Origin: Polyangiaceae bacterium
GTDB taxonomy: Bacteria > Myxococcota_A > Polyangia > Polyangiales > Polyangiaceae
Length of the DNA: 64,000 nucleotides
Direction: 5' to 3'
Assembly: GCA_044376115.1 (NCBI GenBank)
Contig: JBILLK010000005.1
Location: 224,001-288,000 of the forward strand
The translations under genes and the position numbers were made by a program. Every line of letters begins with the position of its first letter. Positions within the stretch are counted from its first letter, which is position 1. Below are positions 9,539 to 18,679 of this stretch, one piece after another. The notes under the pieces are model-generated. The model worked only from the letters and a program-made list of their open reading frames with translations. It searched no databases and was not told where the DNA came from.

Positions 9539-10926
9539 GCCGTCTCATCCTCCCGCGAAGGACCTTCTTGAAGGGGCTCGGTGGTGTGTCACTGGCGCTC
9601 CCGCTCATGGGTAGTCTGGGCTGCTCACCGGAAGACCAAAAGCGCATCGAGCGCATCTCCACGGCGCAGCAGCGCGCAGGGCGTTTTCCAAAACGCTTCA
9701 TTTACATGTACACGCCCAATGGCAGTTACGAGACTCCAACGCCGGAGTTTTCAAACTATTGGAACGTGCTTGCGCCGATGCGTGAAAAAATAGCGTTCAT
9801 AACCGGTTTGGACATGCTCTCGTGCATGAAACCACCGGGCGAGCCTCATCAGCAAGGCATGGCCGTTCTGACAGGGCGTAGTCTCAACCCCGGCAACTTT
9901 ATCGGTGGAGACGGCTCGCTTGCTGGCTGGGCAAGTGGCATATCGCTCGACCAAGAGATTGCCAAGGTGATAGGGCAAACCACCAAGCGTTCAACGCTCA
10001 ATCTTGGTGTGCAATCGACGAATCACGGCGGCACTGAGGTGCGTACGGTGTGTAGCTATTTAGGCTCTGATCTGCCAGTGCCCAACGAGACGAACCCCTG
10101 GGACGTTTTCGAGAGCCTGTTCTCCGATCTCGGTTCAGACCCTGAGGGAGCCGAGACGCTCAAGCGCAGGCGAAAGAGCGTGCTCGACCGAGTCGACAAG
10201 AAGTACGAGAAGCTCGTTACCAAGCTATCTGGTGAAGACAAGAAGAAGCTCGAGCAACACCTCGACGCAGTACGAGAGGTTGAAAAGCGGCTGGATACGA
10301 CTGGCGGCGTGATTGGTGGAGACTGTCAGATGCCCACCATTTCCTCAGTCCCGCTCGGTATCGAGCAGTTCCTCGGCGACCCAACCAACTTCCCCACGAT
10401 CGCAAAACTTCATATCGACCTATTGGTGATGGCATTCGCCTGCGATCTGACGCGCGTGGCGACTCTTCAGTTCTCTGCGGCCACCAACAATCGCCCGCAC
10501 CCTTGGCTGCTGCACAATGGGGCGCCAATCCTTGATGATGAGCACGGCCTCAGTCACCAAGCTGACTCGAACACCGCCGCATGGCAAAAGCTAGGTATCA
10601 TTCGCAAATGGAACCTGGAGCAACTCCTCTACCTGATGAATGCACTCAATAACATTCAGGAGGACGAGGGAACGATGCTCGACAATACGGGCATCATCCT
10701 GACGAGCGAAATCTACCGGGGCAACACACATTCGCATATGAACCAGAACTTCCTCGTTGCCGGTGGTTGCGGTGGTGCCTTGAAGATGAATCAGTTCATC
10801 AACTACGACGGTGAAAAGCCTCACAATGACCTATTGGTTTCTATGCTTCAGGCGTATGGGATTGAGACCGATACGTTTGGCGATGAAGAGAGCTGTACGG
10901 GGCCGCTCACCGAGCTAATGGCATGA
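9535..10926 (+). CDS. DUF1552-family protein with twin-arginine signal
   Basis: PRRTFLKGLGG Tat motif, ISLDQEIA, KSVLD, LEQHLDAVREVEKRL, AFACDLTRVATL, EGTMLDNT; ATGA overlap with upstream gene. Confidence 0.9.
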   Translation: MSRLILPRRTFLKGLGGVSLALPLMGSLGCSPEDQKRIERISTAQQRAGRFPKRFIYMYTPNGSYETPTPEFSNYWNVLAPMREKIAFITGLDMLSCMKPPGEPHQQGMAVLTGRSLNPGNFIGGDGSLAGWASGISLDQEIAKVIGQTTKRSTLNLGVQSTNHGGTEVRTVCSYLGSDLPVPNETNPWDVFESLFSDLGSDPEGAETLKRRRKSVLDRVDKKYEKLVTKLSGEDKKKLEQHLDAVREVEKRLDTTGGVIGGDCQMPTISSVPLGIEQFLGDPTNFPTIAKLHIDLLVMAFACDLTRVATLQFSAATNNRPHPWLLHNGAPILDDEHGLSHQADSNTAAWQKLGIIRKWNLEQLLYLMNALNNIQEDEGTMLDNTGIILTSEIYRGNTHSHMNQNFLVAGGCGGALKMNQFINYDGEKPHNDLLVSMLQAYGIETDTFGDEESCTGPLTELMA

Positions 10927-12308
10927 CAGAGAGCGACCTGCTTGGCGCGATAGAGGCCGTCGTAGGCAAAGCCGGTATATCGGTCGACGAATCGGATAAG
11001 GTGGAGTTCGGTCGGGATTGGACGAAGGTCTTCGCGCCAGCCCCGCTCGCCATCGTCAGGCCAAAGACGACTGACGAAGTCTCAGGCGTCCTTCGGCTCT
11101 GCAACGCCGCCAGTAGGGCGGTTGTGCCCTCCGGCGGACGTACGGGGCTCGCGGGGGGAGCCGTCGCCAAGGATCGGGAGATCGTTCTGTCCTTGGGTCG
11201 AATGAACCAGATAGGGCCCGTCGACAAGCTGGGCGCCTCGGTCACGGTGGAAGCAGGCGCAGTCACTCAGGCTGTGCATGAGCACTGCGCGAAAGAAGGG
11301 CTCACCTGGCCTGTCGATTTCGCGTCGAAAGGCTCGAGTCAGATTGGCGGAAACATCGCGACCAACGCCGGCGGGATCAAGGTCATTCGCTATGGTCTGA
11401 CCCGCAACTGGGTGCTCGGGCTCGACGTGGTGCTCGCGGATGGGTCGCACTTGGCCATGGGGCGTGCGCTCGAGAAGAACAATACGGGGCCTGACCTCAG
11501 GCAGCTGTTCATCGGTAGTGAGGGCACGCTCGGTGTGATTACCAAAGCGACGCTCAAGCTCACGCGCCTGCCCGAGGAATGCGAGGTCTTTCTTTTTGCT
11601 GTAAGCGGGATACCCAATGTCCTTCGACTGTTTCGAAGCGCATGTGAGGCTCCCTTTACGTTGCAGGCATTCGAGTTCTTCACTGATAAATGCCTCTCGC
11701 GTGTTCAGCGACACCGCAGGGTGGATAACCCTCTCGACGTAGCCGCCGCTGCCTACGTAGTAATGGAGATCGAAAAGCACCCTTCGTCGATGGGTTGGCT
11801 CGAGATGCTCTTTGAACAGGGCCTCGTTCAGGGCGGAACGATGGGTCAGCACAACGCTCAGAATGCGAAGCTTTGGGAGCTGCGTGAGAGCATTAGCGAG
11901 AGTCTCAGTGCAACAGGGTTGCCACATAAGAACGACATTGCCCTGCCGGTAGCCAATCTCGAGGCTTTCTGCGCGCAGCTGGAAGAGACTATCGCTGCGT
12001 ATTATCCTGGGTTTGAAGTGTGCTTGTTTGGCCACATTGGTGACGGCAACCTCCACGTTAATGTGATGAAGCCCGAAGCCATGGATAAGGCAGAGTTCCT
12101 CACTCGAACTCACGAACTTGATGAACGTATGTTTGCTTTGGTACGCACGCACGATGGAAGCATCTCTGCGGAGCACGGTATCGGCTTGCTCAAGAAGGAC
12201 TTTCTGTCCTTCTCGCGTACGAGTGAAGAGCTTGCGACGATGCGGCTGCTGAAGCGAGCCATGGACCCCAAGGGCATTCTAAACCCAGGGAAGATCTTCG
12301 ACGCGTGA
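10923..12308 (+). CDS. FAD-linked oxidoreductase, GlcD/D-2-hydroxyglutarate dehydrogenase family
   Basis: PSGGRTGLAGGA, QIGGNIATNAGG, GSEGTLGVIT, GHIGDGNLHVN, GSISAEHGIG, DPKGILNPGK. Confidence 0.92.
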   Translation: MTESDLLGAIEAVVGKAGISVDESDKVEFGRDWTKVFAPAPLAIVRPKTTDEVSGVLRLCNAASRAVVPSGGRTGLAGGAVAKDREIVLSLGRMNQIGPVDKLGASVTVEAGAVTQAVHEHCAKEGLTWPVDFASKGSSQIGGNIATNAGGIKVIRYGLTRNWVLGLDVVLADGSHLAMGRALEKNNTGPDLRQLFIGSEGTLGVITKATLKLTRLPEECEVFLFAVSGIPNVLRLFRSACEAPFTLQAFEFFTDKCLSRVQRHRRVDNPLDVAAAAYVVMEIEKHPSSMGWLEMLFEQGLVQGGTMGQHNAQNAKLWELRESISESLSATGLPHKNDIALPVANLEAFCAQLEETIAAYYPGFEVCLFGHIGDGNLHVNVMKPEAMDKAEFLTRTHELDERMFALVRTHDGSISAEHGIGLLKKDFLSFSRTSEELATMRLLKRAMDPKGILNPGKIFDA

Positions 12309-12338
12309 GCGTATCCGCGGAACTCTTCTCTTGAGCCA

Positions 12339-12734
12339 ATGTCCCTCTTAACCACGGAGGGTCGTATGAAAGAGTTCTTCATCAACGGGGGTTGGGGAAT
12401 GTTCCCAACTCTTGCTCTTGGTTGCTTCCTACTAGGCGCAGTCGTGCGAGCTATTGTCAATCCTCGCTCCAACGCATCGGAGATCATTCTGCCGCTTGGG
12501 GTGGCCACGATCACGGCGGGCTTCTTGGGCTTTGTATTGGGGTTGATGGCGACCTTCCGACATATTGGCGAGGTTGGGGGCAACGGCACCATCGCTATGG
12601 TGGGCGCTGGCGAATCCCTCTCCAATCTCGCATTAGCGTTTGGCCTCGTTCTCGCCGCCGCGATTCTATTTGCCGTTGGTCGGGGCGTACGGCCGGTCTA
12701 TACCACCCGAAGCGATGAGCCGAACGCACGGTGA
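12339..12734 (+). CDS. Small 3-TM membrane protein, MotA/TolQ/ExbB-like
   Basis: FFINGGWGMFP N-terminus, GFLGFVLGLMATF and GAGESL segments; start may be the ATG at 12366. Confidence 0.6.
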   Translation: MSLLTTEGRMKEFFINGGWGMFPTLALGCFLLGAVVRAIVNPRSNASEIILPLGVATITAGFLGFVLGLMATFRHIGEVGGNGTIAMVGAGESLSNLALAFGLVLAAAILFAVGRGVRPVYTTRSDEPNAR

Positions 12735-13140
12735 AGACTCGGTCGAGATAGAGGCTACCCCCTACGAACTGTTGGGGGGTACTGAACCGGTCCTAGCGTT
12801 AGCCCAACGTTTCTACGACGAGATGGAGCTTCACGAGCCCGAACTGACGAGGCTCCATGCTTGTGACGCCAATGGCAGGGTCGAACAGGATTCGCGCGAT
12901 AAGTTCGCTCTATTCCTGGTTGGGTGGCTGGGGGGCCCACAGGACTACGTAGCAGCTCACGGCCATCCACGGCTGCGTATGCGGCACGCGAAGGTCCGTG
13001 TCGACATCCCGATGCGAGACGCTTGGCTTCGTGCGATGAGCCGCACACTCGACGCCTGCGGCATCGTTGGGCCCGTACGCAGCTACCTCGATGTGCGGTT
13101 CGCCGAGGTAGCTGACTTTATGCGCAATACTCCGGGCTGA
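12715..13140 (+). CDS. Group II truncated hemoglobin (trHbO)
   Basis: YELLGG, RFYD, WLGGPQDY, HGHPRLRMRH, RDAWL. Confidence 0.92.
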   Translation: MSRTHGEDSVEIEATPYELLGGTEPVLALAQRFYDEMELHEPELTRLHACDANGRVEQDSRDKFALFLVGWLGGPQDYVAAHGHPRLRMRHAKVRVDIPMRDAWLRAMSRTLDACGIVGPVRSYLDVRFAEVADFMRNTPG

Positions 13141-13145
13141 GTGGC

Positions 13146-14369
13146 TCAGCGCTGGGCGAGCCGCCGGGTCTTGATGGAGGTGGACAGCGCGCTGATTTGG
13201 TCGCTTACCGCGGTCGTCAGCTGCTGATCCAGGTCCATAATGAGATAACCTACATTGCTATCCGTCGCCAAGACTTGGGCGAAGATATTGGCTTTGGCCT
13301 CAGAGATGACGTGGGTGATGTCCCCAATGACACCGGGGACATTCTTATGAATATTGGCGATGCGGTGTTTGCCACTTGAAAGTGGATGCTCGATCGCAGG
13401 GAAGTTGACGGACCCTGTCGTGGTTCCCAGCGTAATGTACTTGGCAAGCGAGGAGGCGACCTCGCGGCCAATCGCTTCTTGCGCCTCCTCAGTACTGCCG
13501 CCAATGTGGGGGGTGAGAATCACGTTGGGTAGTCCTTGCAGTTCGGAGGTGAAGCCCTCACCGTTTCCCTCCGGTTCATCGGGGTAGACGTCGACTGCGG
13601 CGCCGCCAATGTGCCCCGATCGAAGTGCCGCCGCTAACTGATCGATCACGACCACCGTTCCCCGACTGGCGTTGAGCAAGGAGGCCCCTGGCTTCATCAT
13701 CGCCAGCTCTGAGCCGCCAATCATGTGGTGAGTCTGAGCCGTCGCGGGGACGTGCAACGTCACAAAGTCGCTCGTGCGCAGTAGCTCTTCGAGCGAGGAC
13801 ACCGAGCGGTTGTTACCCATGGGGAGTCGAGTTGCCACGTCGTAGAAGATGACTCGCAGGCCCATCGATTCAGCCAGCACACCAAGCTGCGAGCCAATGT
13901 GCCCGTAGCCCACGATGCCAAGCGTCTTGCCGCGGATTTCTCTACAGCCGACGGCCTTCTTGTTCCAACGACCCGCATGTACCTCACTCGAGCGGTCACC
14001 AAGTTGTCGTGCGAGCATGATGATCTCCGCGATCATCAACTCAGCGACGCTGCGGGTATTGGACAACGGAGCGTTGAAGACCGGCACCCCAGACTGATTG
14101 GCGAAGTCGAGCTGGACTTGGTTGGTCCCAATACAAAAGCAACCCACCGAGAGAAGGCGAGGTGCCGCCTCGAAGACCTCTTTGGTTACCTGGGTCTTGC
14201 TGCGAATGCCTAGGATGTCAAAGCCGCTAACCAGTGAGGGCAGCTCCGCCGCGGGCGGCGATTTGTCCATAGCCGTAACCGAGATGCCTTCAGCGGCGAG
14301 TATCTCGCGCGCGCCAGGGTGGATGCCTTCAAGTAGCAGAGCCTTCAACGGGCCTTGAGTGGAACTCAT
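13146..14369 (-). CDS. serA: D-3-phosphoglycerate dehydrogenase (E. coli-type, C-terminal ACT)
   Basis: ATG at 14369 (MSSTQGPLKALLLEGIH); GIRSKT, GCFCIGTNQV, NTRSVAEL, GIVGYGHIG, NASRG, TPHIGGSTEEAQ, HKNVPG ACT. Confidence 0.95.
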   Translation of the reverse strand: MSSTQGPLKALLLEGIHPGAREILAAEGISVTAMDKSPPAAELPSLVSGFDILGIRSKTQVTKEVFEAAPRLLSVGCFCIGTNQVQLDFANQSGVPVFNAPLSNTRSVAELMIAEIIMLARQLGDRSSEVHAGRWNKKAVGCREIRGKTLGIVGYGHIGSQLGVLAESMGLRVIFYDVATRLPMGNNRSVSSLEELLRTSDFVTLHVPATAQTHHMIGGSELAMMKPGASLLNASRGTVVVIDQLAAALRSGHIGGAAVDVYPDEPEGNGEGFTSELQGLPNVILTPHIGGSTEEAQEAIGREVASSLAKYITLGTTTGSVNFPAIEHPLSSGKHRIANIHKNVPGVIGDITHVISEAKANIFAQVLATDSNVGYLIMDLDQQLTTAVSDQISALSTSIKTRRLAQR

Positions 14370-14472
14370 TCTGGAGCCGAGATACACCGGAAGGAAGTTG
14401 CTCGCAAACAACGTTTGCGCGTGTTCTCGACGGCCGCTTGACGTGTGCGCCTGGGTCATCGATGTTCCAAGA

Positions 14473-15123
14473 GTGAATCGGCTGCGCGCAGTGCTTCTTG
14501 TAGCCGTTGCTCTTGGTGTACTGGCGGTATGGGCCTCCGGCCTCTTTGAGCTGCTAGGGGACCCCGAAGTCCTTCGTAGCAAGCTTCTCGCGATGGGGCC
14601 GTGGGGCTACGTCGTCTACTTGGTTGCCTTTGCTGTGTTGCAACCTGCAGGCGTTCCAGGTGTGGCGCTCATCTTTGCTTCAACCTACGTGTGGCCCAAG
14701 CCAGTTGCCTATGGCCTGAGCTTGGTGGGCGCGATGCTCGGCGCGACCTTGGGCTTCTACTTCGCGCGGTTTGTCGGCCAGGACTGGGTGTCGGCCCGGT
14801 TGCCCGCACGGCTTCGAAAGTACGACGAGCGGATAGCTTCACGGGGGCTTTCAACGGCCTTTACTTTGCGCATCGTGTTCTGGATGAACCCTTTGGTGCA
14901 TGCGCTCTTTGGCATCTCGCGCGTGTCATTCTCACGCTACGCCCTCGGTACTCTGCTGGGCTACGTTCCGAGTTTGGCCATCGCTGTGTGGGCTTCCGGC
15001 TCAGTGCTTGACCTGTTCAAGTCGCAGCCACCCTGGCGTGTCGCCATTGTACTCGTCAGCGTCGTCGTTTTGGCGCTGCTAGGGCGCGTGTGGATCAGAA
15101 GAAGAAAAGCGCGCACCCTCTAA
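14473..15123 (+). CDS. TVP38/TMEM64 (DedA/VTT) family membrane protein
   Basis: GPWGYVVY, GAMLGATLGFYFAR, LRIVF, FSRYALGTLLG; GTG start at 14473. Confidence 0.85.
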   Translation: MNRLRAVLLVAVALGVLAVWASGLFELLGDPEVLRSKLLAMGPWGYVVYLVAFAVLQPAGVPGVALIFASTYVWPKPVAYGLSLVGAMLGATLGFYFARFVGQDWVSARLPARLRKYDERIASRGLSTAFTLRIVFWMNPLVHALFGISRVSFSRYALGTLLGYVPSLAIAVWASGSVLDLFKSQPPWRVAIVLVSVVVLALLGRVWIRRRKARTL

Positions 15124-15174
15124 CCGCGCAGGTCGGCTTTGCATTTTCCAGCTCCTCTGCTCTCCTACGGGCGA

Positions 15175-16929
15175 ATGGCTGACGAGACGAAATCCGATGA
15201 AGCAGGTACTGAAGACCAGGCCTTACCCGAAGAGGGAGACGCTATTGCGGATGCCGCTGATTCCGACTCAGCGGAGCAACCGCTTCGCGATGAGCCCAGT
15301 GATGTAACTGCCGACGACGCGTGGCCAGAGGGCTCGCCCGAGCTGAGTTACGCCGCAGCGGCACCCAACATCAACGCGATGAAGCCGCTCCGAGTGGATT
15401 CGCGAGGGGGGACGGCGATAACGATCTTTGGGGCTGGCTTCGTACCTGGATGTCGTGTCCTGGTGGCGGAGGAGGAGTGCATTACCGAGTTCGTTGATGC
15501 CTTCACCTTACGCTTCACAGCGCCAGCAGGTTCTGGATCTGCGAGCGTCGTGGTTGAGGCGCCAAGCGGCAAGCGATCGCCAGAGCCTGGCCTGCTGTTC
15601 TACGCTGAAGGGCCTCGTATCCACCGAGCCATTCCCGCCGAGGGACCGACTGAGGGTGGTATCGAAGTGGTGCTCGAAGGGGAGAACTTTGCTAGCGGTA
15701 TCGTGGTGAGCTTGTTTGGCGAGCACGCTCCTGATTGCGTGTACGAGACGCCCGGCAGGATCACCTTTGTGCTGCCACCTGTTGGAGCGGCCCTCGAAGG
15801 TGCACTCGTGGTAACCACCTTGGATGGCCTAGCGGATCGCTCCGATACTGTATTTCGCTACAAGCCACTGGTCCCCCGCATCGATCAGGTGGACCCGCCA
15901 CATGCTTGGATAAATGGTGGCAAGCTGGTGGCGTTGTACGGCAGGGACTTCCATAAGAATGTCCGGGCTTACGTTGATGGCGCTGAAGCCTTGGTGAACT
16001 TCCGCGACTCTACGCACATTGACGTTGAGGTTCCTCGACGCGAAGCGCCTGGGACTGTTGACATCTCGGTCGAGAACCCCGACCGAAGGCGTGCTGTGCT
16101 GTCTGCCGGCTTTCAATATGAGCCGCTACCAGCTCCACCCAAGCTGCTGGCCTTGCTGCCTGACTCGGGTCCAACGACAGGCGGAAAGACCATTCGGGTA
16201 TCGGGTGACAACTTCCGTGAGGACATCATCGTTCGTGTTGGTGAACTCACCGTAAGTCGCAAGGTGGTGAGCGAGAAGCTCCTCGACTTTGAGCTCCCAG
16301 CTCGCCAGACCCCGGGCAAAGTAGCGATTGAGTTCGTACTTGCCGGCGTGTCAGTGCGTACCGAAGAAGCCTTCACGTACATCAGCCCGCAGGTCCCCAA
16401 GATATCTAGTCTTGAACCACGCTCCGGGCCGACCACTGGCGGGACCCGTGTGGTGTTCGAGGGGGAGGACTTCCCAGCTGGCGCATCCGTTCGCTTTGGA
16501 ACGGAGATGGCCAAGACCGTTTCGGTCAAGAGTTCCACTCGCATGGAAGTCGTCACGCCCGCTGTTCGCGCGGCCGGGCTGGTCGATGTGGTCGTCAGCT
16601 CTGCAGACCGCGGGGATGGCGTGGCGCTCAAGGGCTTCAAGTTCGAGGCTGTGCCCGCTCCGGTCATTACGCTGGTGAGTCCGGCCAAGGGTACGACCGA
16701 GGGAAACACCGAGCTGTCGATCGAAGGTAAGAACTTCATCGAAGGAGCCATCGTGCTTGTTGGTGGGCTTCAGGCGAAGAAGGTGAAACGCATAAGTGGC
16801 AGTGTGCTCGAGGCCTATACGCCTGGAGGTCAGGATGGGGCGCTCGTGGATGTCGTGGTGAAGAACCCCGACGGCCAGCAAGCCGTAATGAAGCGCGCGT
16901 TTCAGTTCGATGCTCGTTACCGCTCGTAG
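15175..16929 (+). CDS. Protein with six tandem IPT/TIG domains and acidic N-terminal tail
   Basis: Six repeats of P-x-I-xx-(L/V)-x-P-xxG-xxxGG-x-(I/V)-x-(I/L)-x-G-xxF; no signal peptide. Confidence 0.88.
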   Translation: MADETKSDEAGTEDQALPEEGDAIADAADSDSAEQPLRDEPSDVTADDAWPEGSPELSYAAAAPNINAMKPLRVDSRGGTAITIFGAGFVPGCRVLVAEEECITEFVDAFTLRFTAPAGSGSASVVVEAPSGKRSPEPGLLFYAEGPRIHRAIPAEGPTEGGIEVVLEGENFASGIVVSLFGEHAPDCVYETPGRITFVLPPVGAALEGALVVTTLDGLADRSDTVFRYKPLVPRIDQVDPPHAWINGGKLVALYGRDFHKNVRAYVDGAEALVNFRDSTHIDVEVPRREAPGTVDISVENPDRRRAVLSAGFQYEPLPAPPKLLALLPDSGPTTGGKTIRVSGDNFREDIIVRVGELTVSRKVVSEKLLDFELPARQTPGKVAIEFVLAGVSVRTEEAFTYISPQVPKISSLEPRSGPTTGGTRVVFEGEDFPAGASVRFGTEMAKTVSVKSSTRMEVVTPAVRAAGLVDVVVSSADRGDGVALKGFKFEAVPAPVITLVSPAKGTTEGNTELSIEGKNFIEGAIVLVGGLQAKKVKRISGSVLEAYTPGGQDGALVDVVVKNPDGQQAVMKRAFQFDARYRS

Positions 16930-16961
16930 CCAACATCGAAAGCCCAGGCGATACTCTCCAC

Positions 16962-18305
16962 ATGGCTCGTTCGCTTACTGTGCTTCTCCTGGGCTTTGCT
17001 GTCGCAGCATGTGCCGATGATGCAACCACGAGTGCCGGCGGTAGCACTGCAGGAAGCGGTGGTCTCGGAGGAGAGCCCGTCACCGGCGGTGCAGGTGGTA
17101 TTGCCGGCGGCGGCGGCACCGCCGGCGGTGAAGCGGGCGCAGGTGGTGCCGTAACGACCGGTGGTGCGGGTGGTTTTGGCGGCAGTGGCGGCGGTATCGC
17201 GCTTTTGCCGCCGCCGTGTCCTCCCGGCGCCCTCGAGCTCGCGGTGGATCTCGCCTGCGACGGCGTCGGCCCAACGCCGACTGCCGCACTCTTGACGGAG
17301 GTCAACGGGGTGATTCGCGGAGAGGTCTTCGGCGGGTTGAGCGAGCTTTCCCAGGCGACTTGCATGCCGGTCCGAACGTGCGCCCCTGACTCCGGTCCAA
17401 CCCTCCTGTTTTCAGACGAGCCGGAATACGTCGATAGCGACGGTGTACTCTACGCCGATGAGGTGGATACAGGTCGCTATCGAGTATACGTCTATCACGT
17501 TAATGACGGCTCAGAGCGGCGCCGGTTCACTGCCGTGGCTCTCAATCAGACCGCTGTGCCGGTCACGTTCACGGTAGAGAAACTTGCCTTCGCAGCGCCC
17601 TCCGCGGACTTTCTGAGCGTTGGAAGGACGGTGGCCCGGGACTTTCTTGATGCCCCGGGAAAACCGACAGTGACGGTACCACCCATGACCCGCGTGGTCG
17701 TGGACGCAGAGCTGGATAGTCTCGTCGCTGATAGCGGGGAGCTGGTTCACAGTATCTTTCAGGTCAATGTTATAGGTGCCCTCAAGATATCAATCGTAAG
17801 TGTTCCCGAGGCGGCCAACGCCGCGACATTGACGGCAAGTTTAGGCCTGCTACCAAACAGCGGTATACACACTCGCGGAACGTTCCCGCTCGCTGACCGT
17901 ATCCTAATGACTCGCTTTCCTGGCGGGCTCAAGCGACTGCGACTGGGTGGTGACGAGCCGACGGACCCACATCTCTCGGGTACGAGCTATGTCGATGGCA
18001 TGCCAGTTACTTTGGCTGGGAACTTCGGCATGCTCTATGAGGTTCGAATCGCCGAGCCCGCGGAGGAGTTGTTCTTAGCGGTCAATCCGCGTGCGGGGGT
18101 TTGGGCTGGAGCGGCCAGTGGTAGCGCTGGACTCGATGGGAATGGGGGAAACTATCTACTACCGTCGCAGGGGACCTCGGTGGCATTGAATAGCGAGGCT
18201 GTCTCCTTGGGGCGCTACACGTCTGGGATTGGTGTTGCGAGCAAGCTCCTAACGGCCGGAGGCTCCAACCTACCTATCCATCTCGTCGTAGGTCCCTTGC
18301 AGTAG
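16962..18305 (+). CDS. Hypothetical lipoprotein with Gly-rich linker
   Basis: Lipobox VAAC; G/A/T-rich linker; globular region with LLFSDEPE..GVLY..YVYHVN and HTRGTF, GNFG motifs. Confidence 0.75.
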   Translation: MARSLTVLLLGFAVAACADDATTSAGGSTAGSGGLGGEPVTGGAGGIAGGGGTAGGEAGAGGAVTTGGAGGFGGSGGGIALLPPPCPPGALELAVDLACDGVGPTPTAALLTEVNGVIRGEVFGGLSELSQATCMPVRTCAPDSGPTLLFSDEPEYVDSDGVLYADEVDTGRYRVYVYHVNDGSERRRFTAVALNQTAVPVTFTVEKLAFAAPSADFLSVGRTVARDFLDAPGKPTVTVPPMTRVVVDAELDSLVADSGELVHSIFQVNVIGALKISIVSVPEAANAATLTASLGLLPNSGIHTRGTFPLADRILMTRFPGGLKRLRLGGDEPTDPHLSGTSYVDGMPVTLAGNFGMLYEVRIAEPAEELFLAVNPRAGVWAGAASGSAGLDGNGGNYLLPSQGTSVALNSEAVSLGRYTSGIGVASKLLTAGGSNLPIHLVVGPLQ

Positions 18306-18375
18306 GCGGACGTACTTTGTCCTAGGACATACTATGGCACTTCTCGCCGCCCCACTTTGGTTTCAAATCGTATGC

Positions 18376-18603
18376 ATGCACAAGACGCAGACCGCCCAAC
18401 TAGCGCTTCTCGATCTGCCCGTAGCTGAGCCGGCGCCGCGACGCCGTCGGGATCGCATGAGCCCCGAGATGACCGTAAAACACTGCCAAGAGCTACTTGC
18501 GGCGCTCGATCGAGCTCAACAGAACCAAGCCGAGCGCCTGGCGAACCTGTTTGAAGCTGCGTTGCGGTCTGGGGCCGAGGCAAAGCGTGAGAGCGCCGCG
18601 TAG
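18376..18603 (+). CDS. Small hypothetical helical protein (about 75 aa)
   Basis: Fills the gap between 18305 and the hairpin at 18627; alternative start at 18334. Confidence 0.55.
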   Translation: MHKTQTAQLALLDLPVAEPAPRRRRDRMSPEMTVKHCQELLAALDRAQQNQAERLANLFEAALRSGAEAKRESAA

Positions 18604-18622
18604 TGGCCCGGCTCTACCAATG

Positions 18623-18653
18623 AAAAGGCCTGCAGCTGAAATGGCTGCAGGCC
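18623..18653 (-). terminator. Intrinsic terminator hairpin (possibly bidirectional)
   Basis: Perfect 10-bp stem GGCCTGCAGC/GCTGCAGGCC (18627-18636/18644-18653), 7-nt loop, TTTT following on the minus strand; between convergent genes. Confidence 0.75.
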
Positions 18654-18679
18654 CCGCGTTCACGGATGGAGAGTAAGGG

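Noticed and set aside
11082..12176. 364-aa minus-strand ORF
   Set aside because: Antisense to the FAD oxidoreductase, which has all family motifs.
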